From assembly GCA_965215565.1 (NCBI GenBank), contig CBDCDZ010000004.1, positions 864,001 through 928,000 of the forward strand: a DNA stretch of 64,000 nucleotides. Direction: 5' to 3'. This stretch comes from Trueperaceae bacterium (GTDB taxonomy: Bacteria > Deinococcota > Deinococci > Deinococcales > Trueperaceae). The stretch's first letter is position 1. Each line of letters opens with the position of its first letter. The position numbers and the translations under genes were made by a program. Of the stretch, positions 29,401 through 38,132 are shown in pieces. A model generated the notes under the pieces. That model searched no databases. It was not told the origin of the DNA and saw nothing but the letters and a program-made list of their open reading frames with translations.

Positions 29401-29839
29401 CGCCGAGCACATCACCCAGCTCTTCGGCGCGGGCGCAGAGGCGAGCATCGACACGCTCTCGGAAGAGGGGCAGGCCACCGGGCTCAAAATCAGCCTGCAA
29501 CCCCCCGGCAAACAGACCCGCGCCTTGAACCTCTTGTCGGTTGGCGAGCGCACGATGGGCGCGATGGCGTTTCTCTTCGCGCTGATGAGCGGCGAGGGCG
29601 AGATGGGCCTGCCCATCGCCATCTTGGACGAGGTGGACGCGCCCCTAGACGAGGCGAACATCCGCCGCTTCTGCGCCTTTTTAGAGCAGCTCGCCGCCGC
29701 GGGCACGCAGTTCGTCCTCATCACGCATCAAAAAGCGACGATGGAGACCGCGAGCACCTTGTGGGGCGTAACCACGGAGCGCGGGGTGAGCCGCGTCTTC
29801 AGCATCAGCCGTGCAGAGGCGGAAGCGGTGGTGACCTGA
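26438..29839 (+). CDS. smc: Chromosome segregation protein SMC
   Basis: LQGFKSF, GPNGSGKSN, coiled coils, hinge, LSVGE, LDEVDAPLD. Confidence 0.95.
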   Translation: MRLASLTLQGFKSFANKTTLEFTPGITAIVGPNGSGKSNVIDALRWASGGGRASEFRAEGKTDLIFHGAAGGRSLGYAEVALEVARASGSVHVSRSLFRDGQTKLKLGGKAARFLDVDEALSGSGLARGGLSIIGQGEVSQVLMADPPTLLSYVAEAAGVAKLTSRREQTFARLESAREHLERLEDVMRELRRQLETLEEEAAEAQRSAALSREQLALRYTLAQRRVEGLQRELTELEAQRQNVAAGLEHGKTQLSAAREAWGRSRERLADAEAVYRRAVQDAEARRGDLRVAQERLAAARSKREGLAREARGVADEVAALAGADAPTPPKGDREALTRTLAEQDAALAARREGLAALSAQFDDHSQALETARRAAFAQAQAAERYEAQKVNLEAQLSGVTARLGELEADVDIAGLEADVAQARSAAAEREAHLSALRERLAARQNALAGAHAEAQARGRALERSRAAFEARRGYAQGPKNALTSGILGVIGSVADLLRVNPDYQTALGSALGRRAEHVVVESAEVAKEVLAHVRRSGGWVTLLPLELVRGRPGTLTPELRGEPSVIGLCAELVEVDPRYAGIVNQLLGTTALVTSLDDAVALARRYPKRPRFVTLQGDVMESYGAMTGGRPQGSGAGKDSVLGLAADLEDAEVAAREAQRGADAQREVVERLQVETKAALEERRGQTDTLARASEALRQARERAAARGSLEQELSRQTLELTERLAALTPPESSGEAAWEVAALEARVKEQQLELTALREAVSASEAARRETAQALTLLRERQKDFARASERFEAGRARLGQVRIRSATLQRELTEATEAERAAEVGVREAEARVPQTLQAQEDALSDARQGTQSAEDILGDITQRQAERGASLEEVKLTLARRETALGAALEERAGFPEGVEVLGGGLKTLRDRLSTISKDLETLGPVNYRAAQEAHVQRERWESLVAQSNEANLAAAELTGVLTDIESTVQTRLGAAVSQLRAKFAEHITQLFGAGAEASIDTLSEEGQATGLKISLQPPGKQTRALNLLSVGERTMGAMAFLFALMSGEGEMGLPIAILDEVDAPLDEANIRRFCAFLEQLAAAGTQFVLITHQKATMETASTLWGVTTERGVSRVFSISRAEAEAVVT

Positions 29840-29867
29840 GGAAACCTCGCTTAATCCTCCCACAGTC

Positions 29868-30395
29868 CTACTTGGCTAAAACCTGGTGTTCCTTTGAGCT
29901 TTCCAAATCATCCACTCGCCACCCCAACGCCGCCACACTCGCGCCCTTGCGAACGGCGTCAGGTAGGTCCGCGAGCGTCATGGCGGTCTGCGCCGCGACG
30001 GTGCCGTCTGGCAGCGTCAGTTCGCCCACCGCCTTGCCGAGCCGCCCGCGCAACCTGACGATGCGCCCGGCGACGCGCAAGGGCGTTTCAGTCGGAACGG
30101 GGTGGCGGAACTTAACCTCGAGCTTCACCGACACCATGAAGTGGTGGTGGTCCCCGATGAGCGCCACGCGCCCCACGCACTCGTCGAGCATCGCCGTCAC
30201 AACGCCGCCATGCACCAAGCCCGGATAGCTCTGATAAACGTCGGGTACGGTGTGTTCCGCATAGACCTCATCGACGCCATTGTCGAAAAAGGTCATCTGG
30301 AGCCCCACGGGGTTGTCACGCCCACAGATAAAGCAGGTGTCGGAGTTGGGTTGTCGGTAGCGCGTGTGAGGAGGCTTTTCTTGTAGCAGGGGCAT
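29868..30395 (-). CDS. PaaI family thioesterase
   Basis: CFICGRDNPVGL, HGGVVTAMLDE. Confidence 0.88.
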   Translation of the reverse strand: MPLLQEKPPHTRYRQPNSDTCFICGRDNPVGLQMTFFDNGVDEVYAEHTVPDVYQSYPGLVHGGVVTAMLDECVGRVALIGDHHHFMVSVKLEVKFRHPVPTETPLRVAGRIVRLRGRLGKAVGELTLPDGTVAAQTAMTLADLPDAVRKGASVAALGWRVDDLESSKEHQVLAK

Positions 30396-30493
30396 AAGAC
30401 ACGAGTTTATCAAGGATACGCGGGGTGCAGCGTAGGGTGAACACACTGTGCCGTACACCTCTTCACTGTACACCTCTTATGCGACGCTTCTAG

Positions 30494-30628
30494 TAGCAGT
30501 TCCAAAACATACTGAGACGGATGCGCGCAAATTTCACAGCTTGCTGTAACGGAACCTCATCTCAGAATGTGCGTGCTGTACGATGTTCTCAAAAGTGAGA
30601 GTGTTTCAGACCAGGTGATACCTAATTA
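30494..30628 (+). mobile_element. Miniature element family B (right end decayed)
   Basis: TAGCAGTTCCAAAACATACTGAGAC...CCAGGTGATACC. Confidence 0.75.
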
Positions 30629-30752
30629 TAGTATGCCTGCGAGAGGCGAAGAGGTCAGGAAACCTAAACCAGTGACGTTCGGACAATTACAGTATGATTT
30701 TATTGCTTTCAAATCACGTCCAAGAGGTCCAGACTCGAGCCTGGAGGCGATC

Positions 30753-31115
30753 GTGCTCACACTCGACCATATCCAACTCGCTATGCCACAAGGGAAAGAG
30801 GTCGACGCCCGCAGTTTTTACGGCGGAGTCTTGAGGCTACAGGAGTTAGAAAAACCTGACCTCTTGAAGTCCAAAGGTGGCGTCTGGTTTCGCCTCGGCG
30901 CGCATGAGTTGCATCTCGGCGTCGAAACACCCTTCGCCCCGGCGAAAAAGGCACATCCCGCCTTCCGCGTAGAGGATTTAGGCGCGCTCGTAAAGAGGCT
31001 AAAGGACGCTGGGTACTCCCCCATTTGGGACGACGCCATCCCCAAGGTGCGGCGCTTTCATACGCATGACGTGTTCGGCAACCGGCTCGAGTTTCTTCAG
31101 CACCTATTTCTTTAG
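30753..31115 (+). CDS. VOC/glyoxalase family protein
   Basis: LDHIQLA, LHLGVE, KKAHPAF, DVFGNRLE; GTG start after GGAGG. Confidence 0.9.
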   Translation: MLTLDHIQLAMPQGKEVDARSFYGGVLRLQELEKPDLLKSKGGVWFRLGAHELHLGVETPFAPAKKAHPAFRVEDLGALVKRLKDAGYSPIWDDAIPKVRRFHTHDVFGNRLEFLQHLFL

Positions 31116-31456
31116 CACCTAGGACAAACTTAGGACAAGAAACCGAAGTGTGACCTGCGGATGTAAGGTTTCAGATCAACCTCTCTCTTCTCCTCACGGA
31201 TGAAATCTCGTTAGCCTTGCGGCTGAGACTTGCTGTAGACCTTCTATAAATGTGGCCTTCATCTACACTTCTCGCTCGTATGTTATGCTGCACGTGCGGA
31301 ACTGTTAAGTGCCGCTACCATGAAGCGTACCGGCGCTGGCTAACAGCGCTTCTATAAGATGTTCACCCAAATTATGAATACGCACTCGAGACTATAGAAA
31401 CGGCGCAAGCCTTCGTAATCACCTACGTCTACACTCACATTTTGAAAGGGAGGCTC

Positions 31457-32647
31457 GTGCCTACGAGACAACTTCTCACATGCCTAGCGTCCTCGGCTCC
31501 GCTGAGGTTTGCCTTGACCACCTCTAAACTAAAGGGCGCGGCGCTCGCCGCCGCGCTAAGCCTTGCGCTGGGACTCGCGCTGAGCGCCTGCACCCAAGCG
31601 TCTTCGACGCCTGAACCCGCGCCCCCCGAAGAAGCCCCCGACGAGTCCGTTTTGGAGGAGCCCAGCGCCTCCGGCGTGCCCGTTATCTTCGACACCGATT
31701 TGGGCTACGACTGCGACGACGCCGGGGCGCTCGGTGTATTGCACGCGCTCGCGGACCTCGGCGAAGCGAACCCCTTGGCGACGATCACGGTCGTCGGCGC
31801 GCCGCACAGCGCCGGGGCGCTCGACGTCATCAACACGTATTACGGGCGTCCTGACCTACCTGTAGGCGCGTACGCGGGCGAGCGCTGGCAGGACGCGAGA
31901 CCGTACTGGTTAGAACCCGATACGGGTTTTCTCGAGCCGCTCGTCGAAACCTACCCCAGCGACATCGAAACCAGCGCCCAAGCGCAAGAAGCCGTAGCGC
32001 TCTACCGCCAGACACTCGCCGCGCAACCTGACGGAAGCGTCACCATCGTGACGGTAGGTTTTTTGCAGAACTTAGCGGACCTCTTAGCGTCGTCTGCCGA
32101 CGCGCACAGCCCGCTGAGCGGGCCCGCGCTCGTCGCGCAAAAGGTCAAAAGACTCGTGGTGATGGGCGGTAGATATCCAGAAAACGATGACACGAAAGAC
32201 TTTAATCTGACGGGCGGTCCCGAAGAGGACGTGCAAGCTGCGCAAGCGGTGATAGAAATGTGGCCCACCCCCATCGTGTTTAGCGGCAGCGAAATCGGCG
32301 ACGCCATCTTCACGGGGAAAACCCTTATAGACACGCTCCCCGAAAACCCCGTGGCGCACGCTTACGACCTCTTCCCCGGCACCGACAACAATGGGGAGCG
32401 CGCCAGTTGGGACCTCACCGCCGTGCTCTACGCGGTACGCGGCGAAGAAGACCTCTGGGGCTTGCGCACGGACAGCCACATCGTCGTTCGTAACGACGGC
32501 TCGCACGAGTGGCGAGCCGGCGCGGTGGAGCCCGCTCGCATGGCGCTCGAGCTGAAGGCTCCCGCCGAAGAGGTTAAAACGGTACTTAATAATCTGCTCG
32601 CTCAAGAACCCATGGGCGAAGAAGCGTCCCCTCAGCAGGAGCAGTAA
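31457..32647 (+). CDS. Nucleoside hydrolase family lipoprotein
   Basis: Lipobox LSAC, VIFDTD.GYDCDD, MGG, SWDL. Confidence 0.8.
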   Translation: MPTRQLLTCLASSAPLRFALTTSKLKGAALAAALSLALGLALSACTQASSTPEPAPPEEAPDESVLEEPSASGVPVIFDTDLGYDCDDAGALGVLHALADLGEANPLATITVVGAPHSAGALDVINTYYGRPDLPVGAYAGERWQDARPYWLEPDTGFLEPLVETYPSDIETSAQAQEAVALYRQTLAAQPDGSVTIVTVGFLQNLADLLASSADAHSPLSGPALVAQKVKRLVVMGGRYPENDDTKDFNLTGGPEEDVQAAQAVIEMWPTPIVFSGSEIGDAIFTGKTLIDTLPENPVAHAYDLFPGTDNNGERASWDLTAVLYAVRGEEDLWGLRTDSHIVVRNDGSHEWRAGAVEPARMALELKAPAEEVKTVLNNLLAQEPMGEEASPQQEQ

Positions 32648-32716
32648 CGGGCGATTCAGTACAACGTTGTCTGACTGACTGCGCGAGCAATATTCGTATA
32701 GAACAGCAGCTTAGAG

Positions 32717-32758
32717 GGTATTTCGAGTCGCCATCTGCGGATGGCGACTCGAAATACC
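32717..32758. terminator. Perfect 19-bp hairpin between convergent genes
   Basis: GGTATTTCGAGTCGCCATC-TGCG-GATGGCGACTCGAAATACC. Confidence 0.7.
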
Positions 32759-34303
32759 TTACCCCTGTACCGCTTCTAAAAACCACCCCGGCAACCTCTT
32801 TCTCTGCCGCTTTATAAATGCAGGAAAGTCCGCGTCCAGTACATACGTTACGGCGAAATCCTCGGCGCTGCGCACGCTCCGCCCGTAGGCTTGCACAACG
32901 GTCAAGCAGGTGCGCCACTCGTACCAGGCAGCGTCCAGCGTTTTGCGCCGCGCGATCTGCGGGTCGCCCAGATACGGGTAGGGCAACTTGCAGATGACTT
33001 GCCACCTCGAGAGGTTCCCTGCTAGGTCGATTCCTTCGGTCATGCTGGGCGTCAAGAGGACGCTGGGCTCGCGGCTGCGCAGGTGCTGCTCTAGCGCCGC
33101 GTCGCGTCCGTCCGCGCTGTAGTGGGTGATGAGGCGTTTTTGGTAGCGCTTAGGCAAATTGCGCGCGATGTAGGCGGCAATTTTATAGGTATGGGCGTGA
33201 ATGACACCCTTATCGTAAGGGTGAGACTCTAGGAGGTCGGTGATTTCAGCGACGAGCTTAGGCAGGTCACGCTCCAGATGGTGCCGCGTCAACTTAGCGA
33301 CGGGCTTGGGGTAGATCGGGCGGTTTTCGGGCGGAAACTCGGAGCGGACCGCGATGACCTCAGCCTCTTCAGGCGCGACGCCCAAGCTGCGCAGGTAGGT
33401 GGGCGGGTCTAAAATCGTCGCGGAGAGCATCAGGACGCGCTCGCCGAAGCCGAAGAGGAGAGGCTCGGCGAACGCGGATACCCGAACGGGCTTAAAGGTC
33501 ACGCTCTGTCCGCCTTCGCCGCGCTTATGCTCGACTACCCACTCGACATCGTTTTCGGTCCTCGAGTCCGTCAGAAGCCGCAGTCGCCCCAACTGATTGT
33601 CCAGCCACCTCTTGTGTTGCATCTGCTCCAGAGCGACGTCGGCGGGAAGCTGATTCTTTTTAAGTTCTAAGTCAAGCGCTTTGCTGCGCCCTTTGAGGAG
33701 CGGTATCACGTCCTCGGCGAAGTCGAAAAACTCTAAGTCATCAAAAGCGCTCGGAATGCTCTCAGAAATCCCGACGCGCCGCAACGCCACATCCGAAAGC
33801 GTCACCTCGATAAAGCCCATCAGCGCGGCTTCGGCGTTGTGCGCCTCGTCTAAAACGAGCAAGTCACGCGGTCCGAAACCGCCCGAATAGTTGAGTTCGG
33901 CTAAGTAGTAGGCGTAGTTCATGATGGCGTTGTCCGCCGCAACCGCCACGTCTTTTGCCGTGAAGTAGGGGCAGTCGTCGCACTCGGGGAACTTGCGCCC
34001 GGCGATGCACGGCGCGGCGGCGGCGTGCGTCGGCGCGACGAGGCAGGGGTAGTTGCTGCGCCCTTTCATGAGCGCCATGTCGGGAAAGTCGCGAAGGTAC
34101 TGCTCTTGCAGCAACTTCTGTGCGGTCAAAATGTAGGCGCTCTGCGCTTCGCGCGCTAAGGTCACGGCAATCGCGGACTTGCCCGAGCCCGTCGGCGCTT
34201 CGATGACGACAAAGCGTTTGCCGCGCTTAAAAGCGTCTTTCGCCTGCGCGATCGCCTCGCGCTGACCCTGGCGGTACGTTTTGAAGGGGAAGGTCTGAGG
34301 CAC
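32759..34303 (-). CDS. DinG/Rad3-like ATP-dependent helicase
   Basis: APTGSGKS, KGRSNY followed by four Cys, DEAHN, SAT, EGID, QAYGRSVR. Confidence 0.88.
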   Translation of the reverse strand: MPQTFPFKTYRQGQREAIAQAKDAFKRGKRFVVIEAPTGSGKSAIAVTLAREAQSAYILTAQKLLQEQYLRDFPDMALMKGRSNYPCLVAPTHAAAAPCIAGRKFPECDDCPYFTAKDVAVAADNAIMNYAYYLAELNYSGGFGPRDLLVLDEAHNAEAALMGFIEVTLSDVALRRVGISESIPSAFDDLEFFDFAEDVIPLLKGRSKALDLELKKNQLPADVALEQMQHKRWLDNQLGRLRLLTDSRTENDVEWVVEHKRGEGGQSVTFKPVRVSAFAEPLLFGFGERVLMLSATILDPPTYLRSLGVAPEEAEVIAVRSEFPPENRPIYPKPVAKLTRHHLERDLPKLVAEITDLLESHPYDKGVIHAHTYKIAAYIARNLPKRYQKRLITHYSADGRDAALEQHLRSREPSVLLTPSMTEGIDLAGNLSRWQVICKLPYPYLGDPQIARRKTLDAAWYEWRTCLTVVQAYGRSVRSAEDFAVTYVLDADFPAFIKRQRKRLPGWFLEAVQG

Positions 34304-34374
34304 GCTTTAGGCTATCACGGGAGAGGTAAGGGCGGCGCTTCGGCAAGGGGTGAGAGATTGAGCGTAGAGGTGAG

Positions 34375-34488
34375 GGTAGTGGCTTTATTTGATAGCGCTG
34401 ATGCCAAAGCAAGGGGTTTCAACACCTTGTTCACCGTGTAGAGATAGTAAAGGGAGCACATGGCGGCATTCGACTCGGAACCACTACC
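34375..34488. mobile_element. MITE family A copy 3
   Basis: GGTAGTGGCTTTAT...AACCACTACC. Confidence 0.85.
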
Positions 34489-34490
34489 TA

Positions 34491-34622
34491 CAGCAGTTCC
34501 AAGACATACTGAGATAAATGAATGCAGGCATCATCACCGAACGTGCGTGCTAGACATCGCTTTGAACAGTGAGAGCGTTGCTTCGCATCGCTTCGCACAC
34601 TCAAACCAGATGCTACCTGCTA
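34491..34622 (+). mobile_element. Miniature element family B abutting MITE A
   Basis: CAGCAGTTCCAAGACATACTGAGA...CCAGATGCTACCTGCTA. Confidence 0.8.
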
Positions 34623-34789
34623 TTAAGTGAGAAGGCAGAGGTAAGAAGTAGGACCTCCGGCCTTTTGAAATCGCTCGAGCCTCCCCGAAGCAGCGAATGT
34701 CGAAGCCGAAATATACCCCCTATAGGTATTTTATTGTACAGTTCAACCGCCAGCGAGATGCTATGGTTGATGGAATGCGGGAGGATTCT

Positions 34790-35776
34790 ATGAGCAAACC
34801 ACAACACGAAAAAGTTGACGTCGTTATCGTCGGCGGCGGTCCAGCAGGACTCACGGCAGGCATCTACGCCGGGCGCGGTCAGCTAGACACGGTTATCTTA
34901 GAAAAAGGTCTCCCTGGTGGGCAGATTGCGCAGACGCAAGAGGTCGAGAACTACCCCGGCTTCGATGAGGTCGTGAGCGGTCCCGAACTGTCTCAGCGCA
35001 TGGTGCGCCAAGCGGAGAAGTTCGGCGCGAAGATCGCGATGGAAGAGGTCTCGAGCGTCGAGCAGCGCGGCGTGGACTTTTTGGTCAAGGGCTACGACAA
35101 GACGTACGAGGCTAAAGCCGTCATCGTCGCGACGGGCGCGAACCCGCGTCGTCTAGGCGTACCCGGCGAGGACGAGTTCTACGGGCGCGGCGTCTCGACG
35201 TGCGCGACGTGCGACGGGTTCTTCTACCGGGGCAAAGAGGTCATTGTCGTAGGAGGTGGCGACGCCGCCATCGAAGAGGGTATGTTTCTCACCAAGTTCG
35301 CGGACAAGGTCACCATCGTGCACCGTCGGGGCGAACTCCGCGCGAACGGCGAGGCGCAAAAGCGCGCCTTCGCTAACCCCAAGATGCACTGGGTCTGGAA
35401 CACCGTCGTCGAAGAGGTCTTGGGCGACGAGCAGGTGACGGGCGTTCGAGTGACAAACGTCGAGACGGGTGAAGAGAGTACCTTGAGCGCCGACGGTGTC
35501 TTTATCTACATCGGCCACGTACCCAATACCAAGTACTTAGAAGATTTGGTGCACCTGCGCGAGAGCGGCTACATTGACGTTCGTGACGAAATTTACACAA
35601 ATGTCGAAGGTCTTTTCGCGGCGGGCGACGTTGCCGATGAGGTGTACCGGCAGCTCGGCACGAGCGTCGGCGCGGGCACACGGGCGGCGATGGCGGCGGA
35701 GCGTTACTTAGCGGAGCGCGAGGCGAACGTCGAAATCTCGACCTCCGAAGCGGAGGTGCTGAGCACCGCGCCTTAA
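34790..35776 (+). CDS. trxB: Thioredoxin reductase
   Basis: GGGPAG, CATCDG, GGGDAA; SD GGAGG. Confidence 0.95.
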   Translation: MSKPQHEKVDVVIVGGGPAGLTAGIYAGRGQLDTVILEKGLPGGQIAQTQEVENYPGFDEVVSGPELSQRMVRQAEKFGAKIAMEEVSSVEQRGVDFLVKGYDKTYEAKAVIVATGANPRRLGVPGEDEFYGRGVSTCATCDGFFYRGKEVIVVGGGDAAIEEGMFLTKFADKVTIVHRRGELRANGEAQKRAFANPKMHWVWNTVVEEVLGDEQVTGVRVTNVETGEESTLSADGVFIYIGHVPNTKYLEDLVHLRESGYIDVRDEIYTNVEGLFAAGDVADEVYRQLGTSVGAGTRAAMAAERYLAEREANVEISTSEAEVLSTAP

Positions 35777-35801
35777 CGAAGCGATGAATCTTCAAGTCAA
35801 G

Positions 35802-35832
35802 GACACGGACTTCTCAGGGGTTCGTGTTTTTT
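35802..35832 (+). terminator. Terminator after trxB
   Basis: GACACGGAC..GTTCGTGTT followed by a T run. Confidence 0.65.
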
Positions 35833-36000
35833 AGTTTGGGCTCGAGCCACCCAAGCACCTCTTAGCGCTACGAGCAGGGGTAGCGGTTCTGGTAGTTGCT
35901 CGAGCCATCCCTCTCCCCAATTTTTATACAACTCAAAATGTGAAGATTCTGACCCCTCTCCCCCTGCGCTTCTCATAGCGTCTTGGGTATACTGCGTGTC

Positions 36001-37062
36001 GTGTTTAAGTTGCGCTTAGCAGGCTATGTGCTGCGCGAAACGACTTGGCTCTACGCTTTCGGCGTCGCCGCCTTTTGCCTGCTCCTCTCCATCGATACCT
36101 TGACCGTGTGGGCCAGCTACCTCTTAGAGCAAGACGCGACGCTCTTAGACGTAGGACGCCTGATGCTCTACCAAACGCCCTTTTTCTTACATATTTCGCT
36201 GCCCATCGCGGCGGTTTTCGCGGTGCTCTTAGCCACCGGGCGACTCGCCAAGGACTCCGAACTCAAAGCGGCGTACGCGCTCGGCGTGCCGCCTTTTTCG
36301 CTCTTGGGACCGCTGCTCTTTTTTGGGCTCGCCGTGAGCGTCGTTGCGGTGGTCAACAACGGCTACTTGGAGCCGAGGGGCGAGATCGCCCAGGAGGAAC
36401 TCGTCGCCTCGTTCTACAACGCGCGCCCCTCTGCCGAGACGCAGCGCGACGCCTCCTTTACGCAGGAGGAGGGCGTCTACTACGCCGCGCGCATCCGCGC
36501 CGACGAGACGGACCGCACCAGAGCGGGGCTCTCCGGCATGCTGATTTATCGGGATGACGGCACGCTCCTCACCGCGCAGAGCGGCACCTGGGACAGCGCC
36601 GCAAAAACCTGGACGCTCGACAACGTGGAAATCTTGCCGCCCGAGGGCTCGCCGGGTTCGGCGGCGCAGATGACCCTACCCTTCGATTTGGACAACGACG
36701 CCGCGACGAACCTAGCCGAGTCCGAGAAGCTCACGCTAGGCGAACTGTGGGACCGTATTAGAAGCGCAGGCGCGTCGGGACGCGAGTCGCGCGGCGACGT
36801 ATTCAACTTCCACCAGCGCTTGGCTGACGCTTTTAGCGCTGCCATTTTCGTGCTCATTGCAGGCGCGTTGGGCTTGCATATTCGCGGGCGTAGCGCAGGC
36901 TTCGCCTGGACAATTGTCTTGCTCGTCCTCTTCTTCGCGCTCTGGACGCTTTCAGAAAACCTCTTCGAACAGGGAGTGCTCCCGCCCATCATAGCGGCGT
37001 GGTTTACAAGCGCAGTTATCGGTCTGGTTGGCTTCGTGGTGGCGGCGGTGCGGTTAAGGTGA
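36001..37062 (+). CDS. LptF/LptG (YjgP/Q) family permease
   Basis: YVLRE, RLAKDSELKA, three TM segments, periplasmic domain, three TM segments. Confidence 0.85.
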   Translation: MFKLRLAGYVLRETTWLYAFGVAAFCLLLSIDTLTVWASYLLEQDATLLDVGRLMLYQTPFFLHISLPIAAVFAVLLATGRLAKDSELKAAYALGVPPFSLLGPLLFFGLAVSVVAVVNNGYLEPRGEIAQEELVASFYNARPSAETQRDASFTQEEGVYYAARIRADETDRTRAGLSGMLIYRDDGTLLTAQSGTWDSAAKTWTLDNVEILPPEGSPGSAAQMTLPFDLDNDAATNLAESEKLTLGELWDRIRSAGASGRESRGDVFNFHQRLADAFSAAIFVLIAGALGLHIRGRSAGFAWTIVLLVLFFALWTLSENLFEQGVLPPIIAAWFTSAVIGLVGFVVAAVRLR

Positions 37063-38132
37063 ACAAACGCTTCAGCTTCTACCTCATCCGCGAAATCTTG
37101 CCTCTTTACGCAGCTGGTTTCACGGCGCTCCTGATTCTCCTCTTGGGCGCGTACCTCTTGGACATTTTGGCGGGGGCGATCTCGAGAGGCGTCAGCCCCG
37201 CTTTAGTCGCCGAGTTCTTGCTCTACAGCTTGCCGAGCGCGGCAGGCATGGGCATCCCGCTGGCGCTGCTGTTCGCCGCGCTTTTAGGCGTTACCCGCTT
37301 AAACCAAGACAGCGAAATCAAAGCGGGGCTCCTCTTAGGGTTGAGCCCTAGACAGTTCCTCGTTCCGCTGCTCCTCTTAGGGCTCGCAGTCAGCGCGGTG
37401 AGTTTTATCAACAATGAGTTGATCGTCCCCTGGAGTGACCAGCGGGCGCAAGAGGTCCAAAAGGACATCCTCATCCAGAGCCCGCAAGCCCTAGTCGAGG
37501 CGGGTAACTTCTTCACCGACGCGCTCGGGCGGAGCGTCTACATCGAGGCTCTGGAGCCCGGTGGCAACGTGCGCGGCGTGACCGTGATTCAGCCCGAGAA
37601 CTCGCTCGGACCCAAAGAGGTCGTCCGGGCGGAGCGGGGCGTGCTGGACGAAGAGGCGGGGGTGTGGCGCTTAGAGGGGATTCGCTTCGTCAAGTATCGC
37701 CAAGGGCAACCTATCTTGGACGCGCCCGCCACTGGCGCAACCCTACCCGTACGCAACCTCGCGACGAGCAACGTCGAGACGCCCGACCTCACCAAGCTGC
37801 CGATGGGCGAGCTTCTGGCGCGGCTCCGTAACAGCAGCGGTTTCCGGCAGAGCGCCGAGTGGACGGCGCTGCACCGCAAGTTCGCCGAGCCTCTGGCCGC
37901 CACCGCCTTCGCGGTGTTCGCCTTGGCCATCGGGTTATACAGCTTCCGCCGCAACTTCGGGCTCGGGCTCGTCTCGGTGCTCTTCTTGACCTTCATCTAC
38001 TACGCGGTCTGGAGCGTCTCGAAGCTTTTGGGCGCGCAGGGGACGATTCCGGCGTACGTGGCGGGCTGGTTGCCCGTCGCGCTCTACGCGCTAGCGGCGA
38101 GTGTGCTCCTGGCACTTAGTTGGAGGCGGTAG
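37059..38132 (+). CDS. LptF/LptG (YjgP/Q) family permease
   Basis: YLIREI, RLNQDSEIKA, HRKFAEPL; GTGA overlap with the upstream gene. Confidence 0.85.
   Translation: MNKRFSFYLIREILPLYAAGFTALLILLLGAYLLDILAGAISRGVSPALVAEFLLYSLPSAAGMGIPLALLFAALLGVTRLNQDSEIKAGLLLGLSPRQFLVPLLLLGLAVSAVSFINNELIVPWSDQRAQEVQKDILIQSPQALVEAGNFFTDALGRSVYIEALEPGGNVRGVTVIQPENSLGPKEVVRAERGVLDEEAGVWRLEGIRFVKYRQGQPILDAPATGATLPVRNLATSNVETPDLTKLPMGELLARLRNSSGFRQSAEWTALHRKFAEPLAATAFAVFALAIGLYSFRRNFGLGLVSVLFLTFIYYAVWSVSKLLGAQGTIPAYVAGWLPVALYALAASVLLALSWRR

Noticed and set aside
31116..31456. Purine riboswitch upstream of the nucleoside hydrolase
   Set aside because: The conserved purine-riboswitch core is not found
32759..34303. 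CasDinG of a type IV CRISPR system
   Set aside because: No csf/cas genes or array nearby; the neighbours are housekeeping genes
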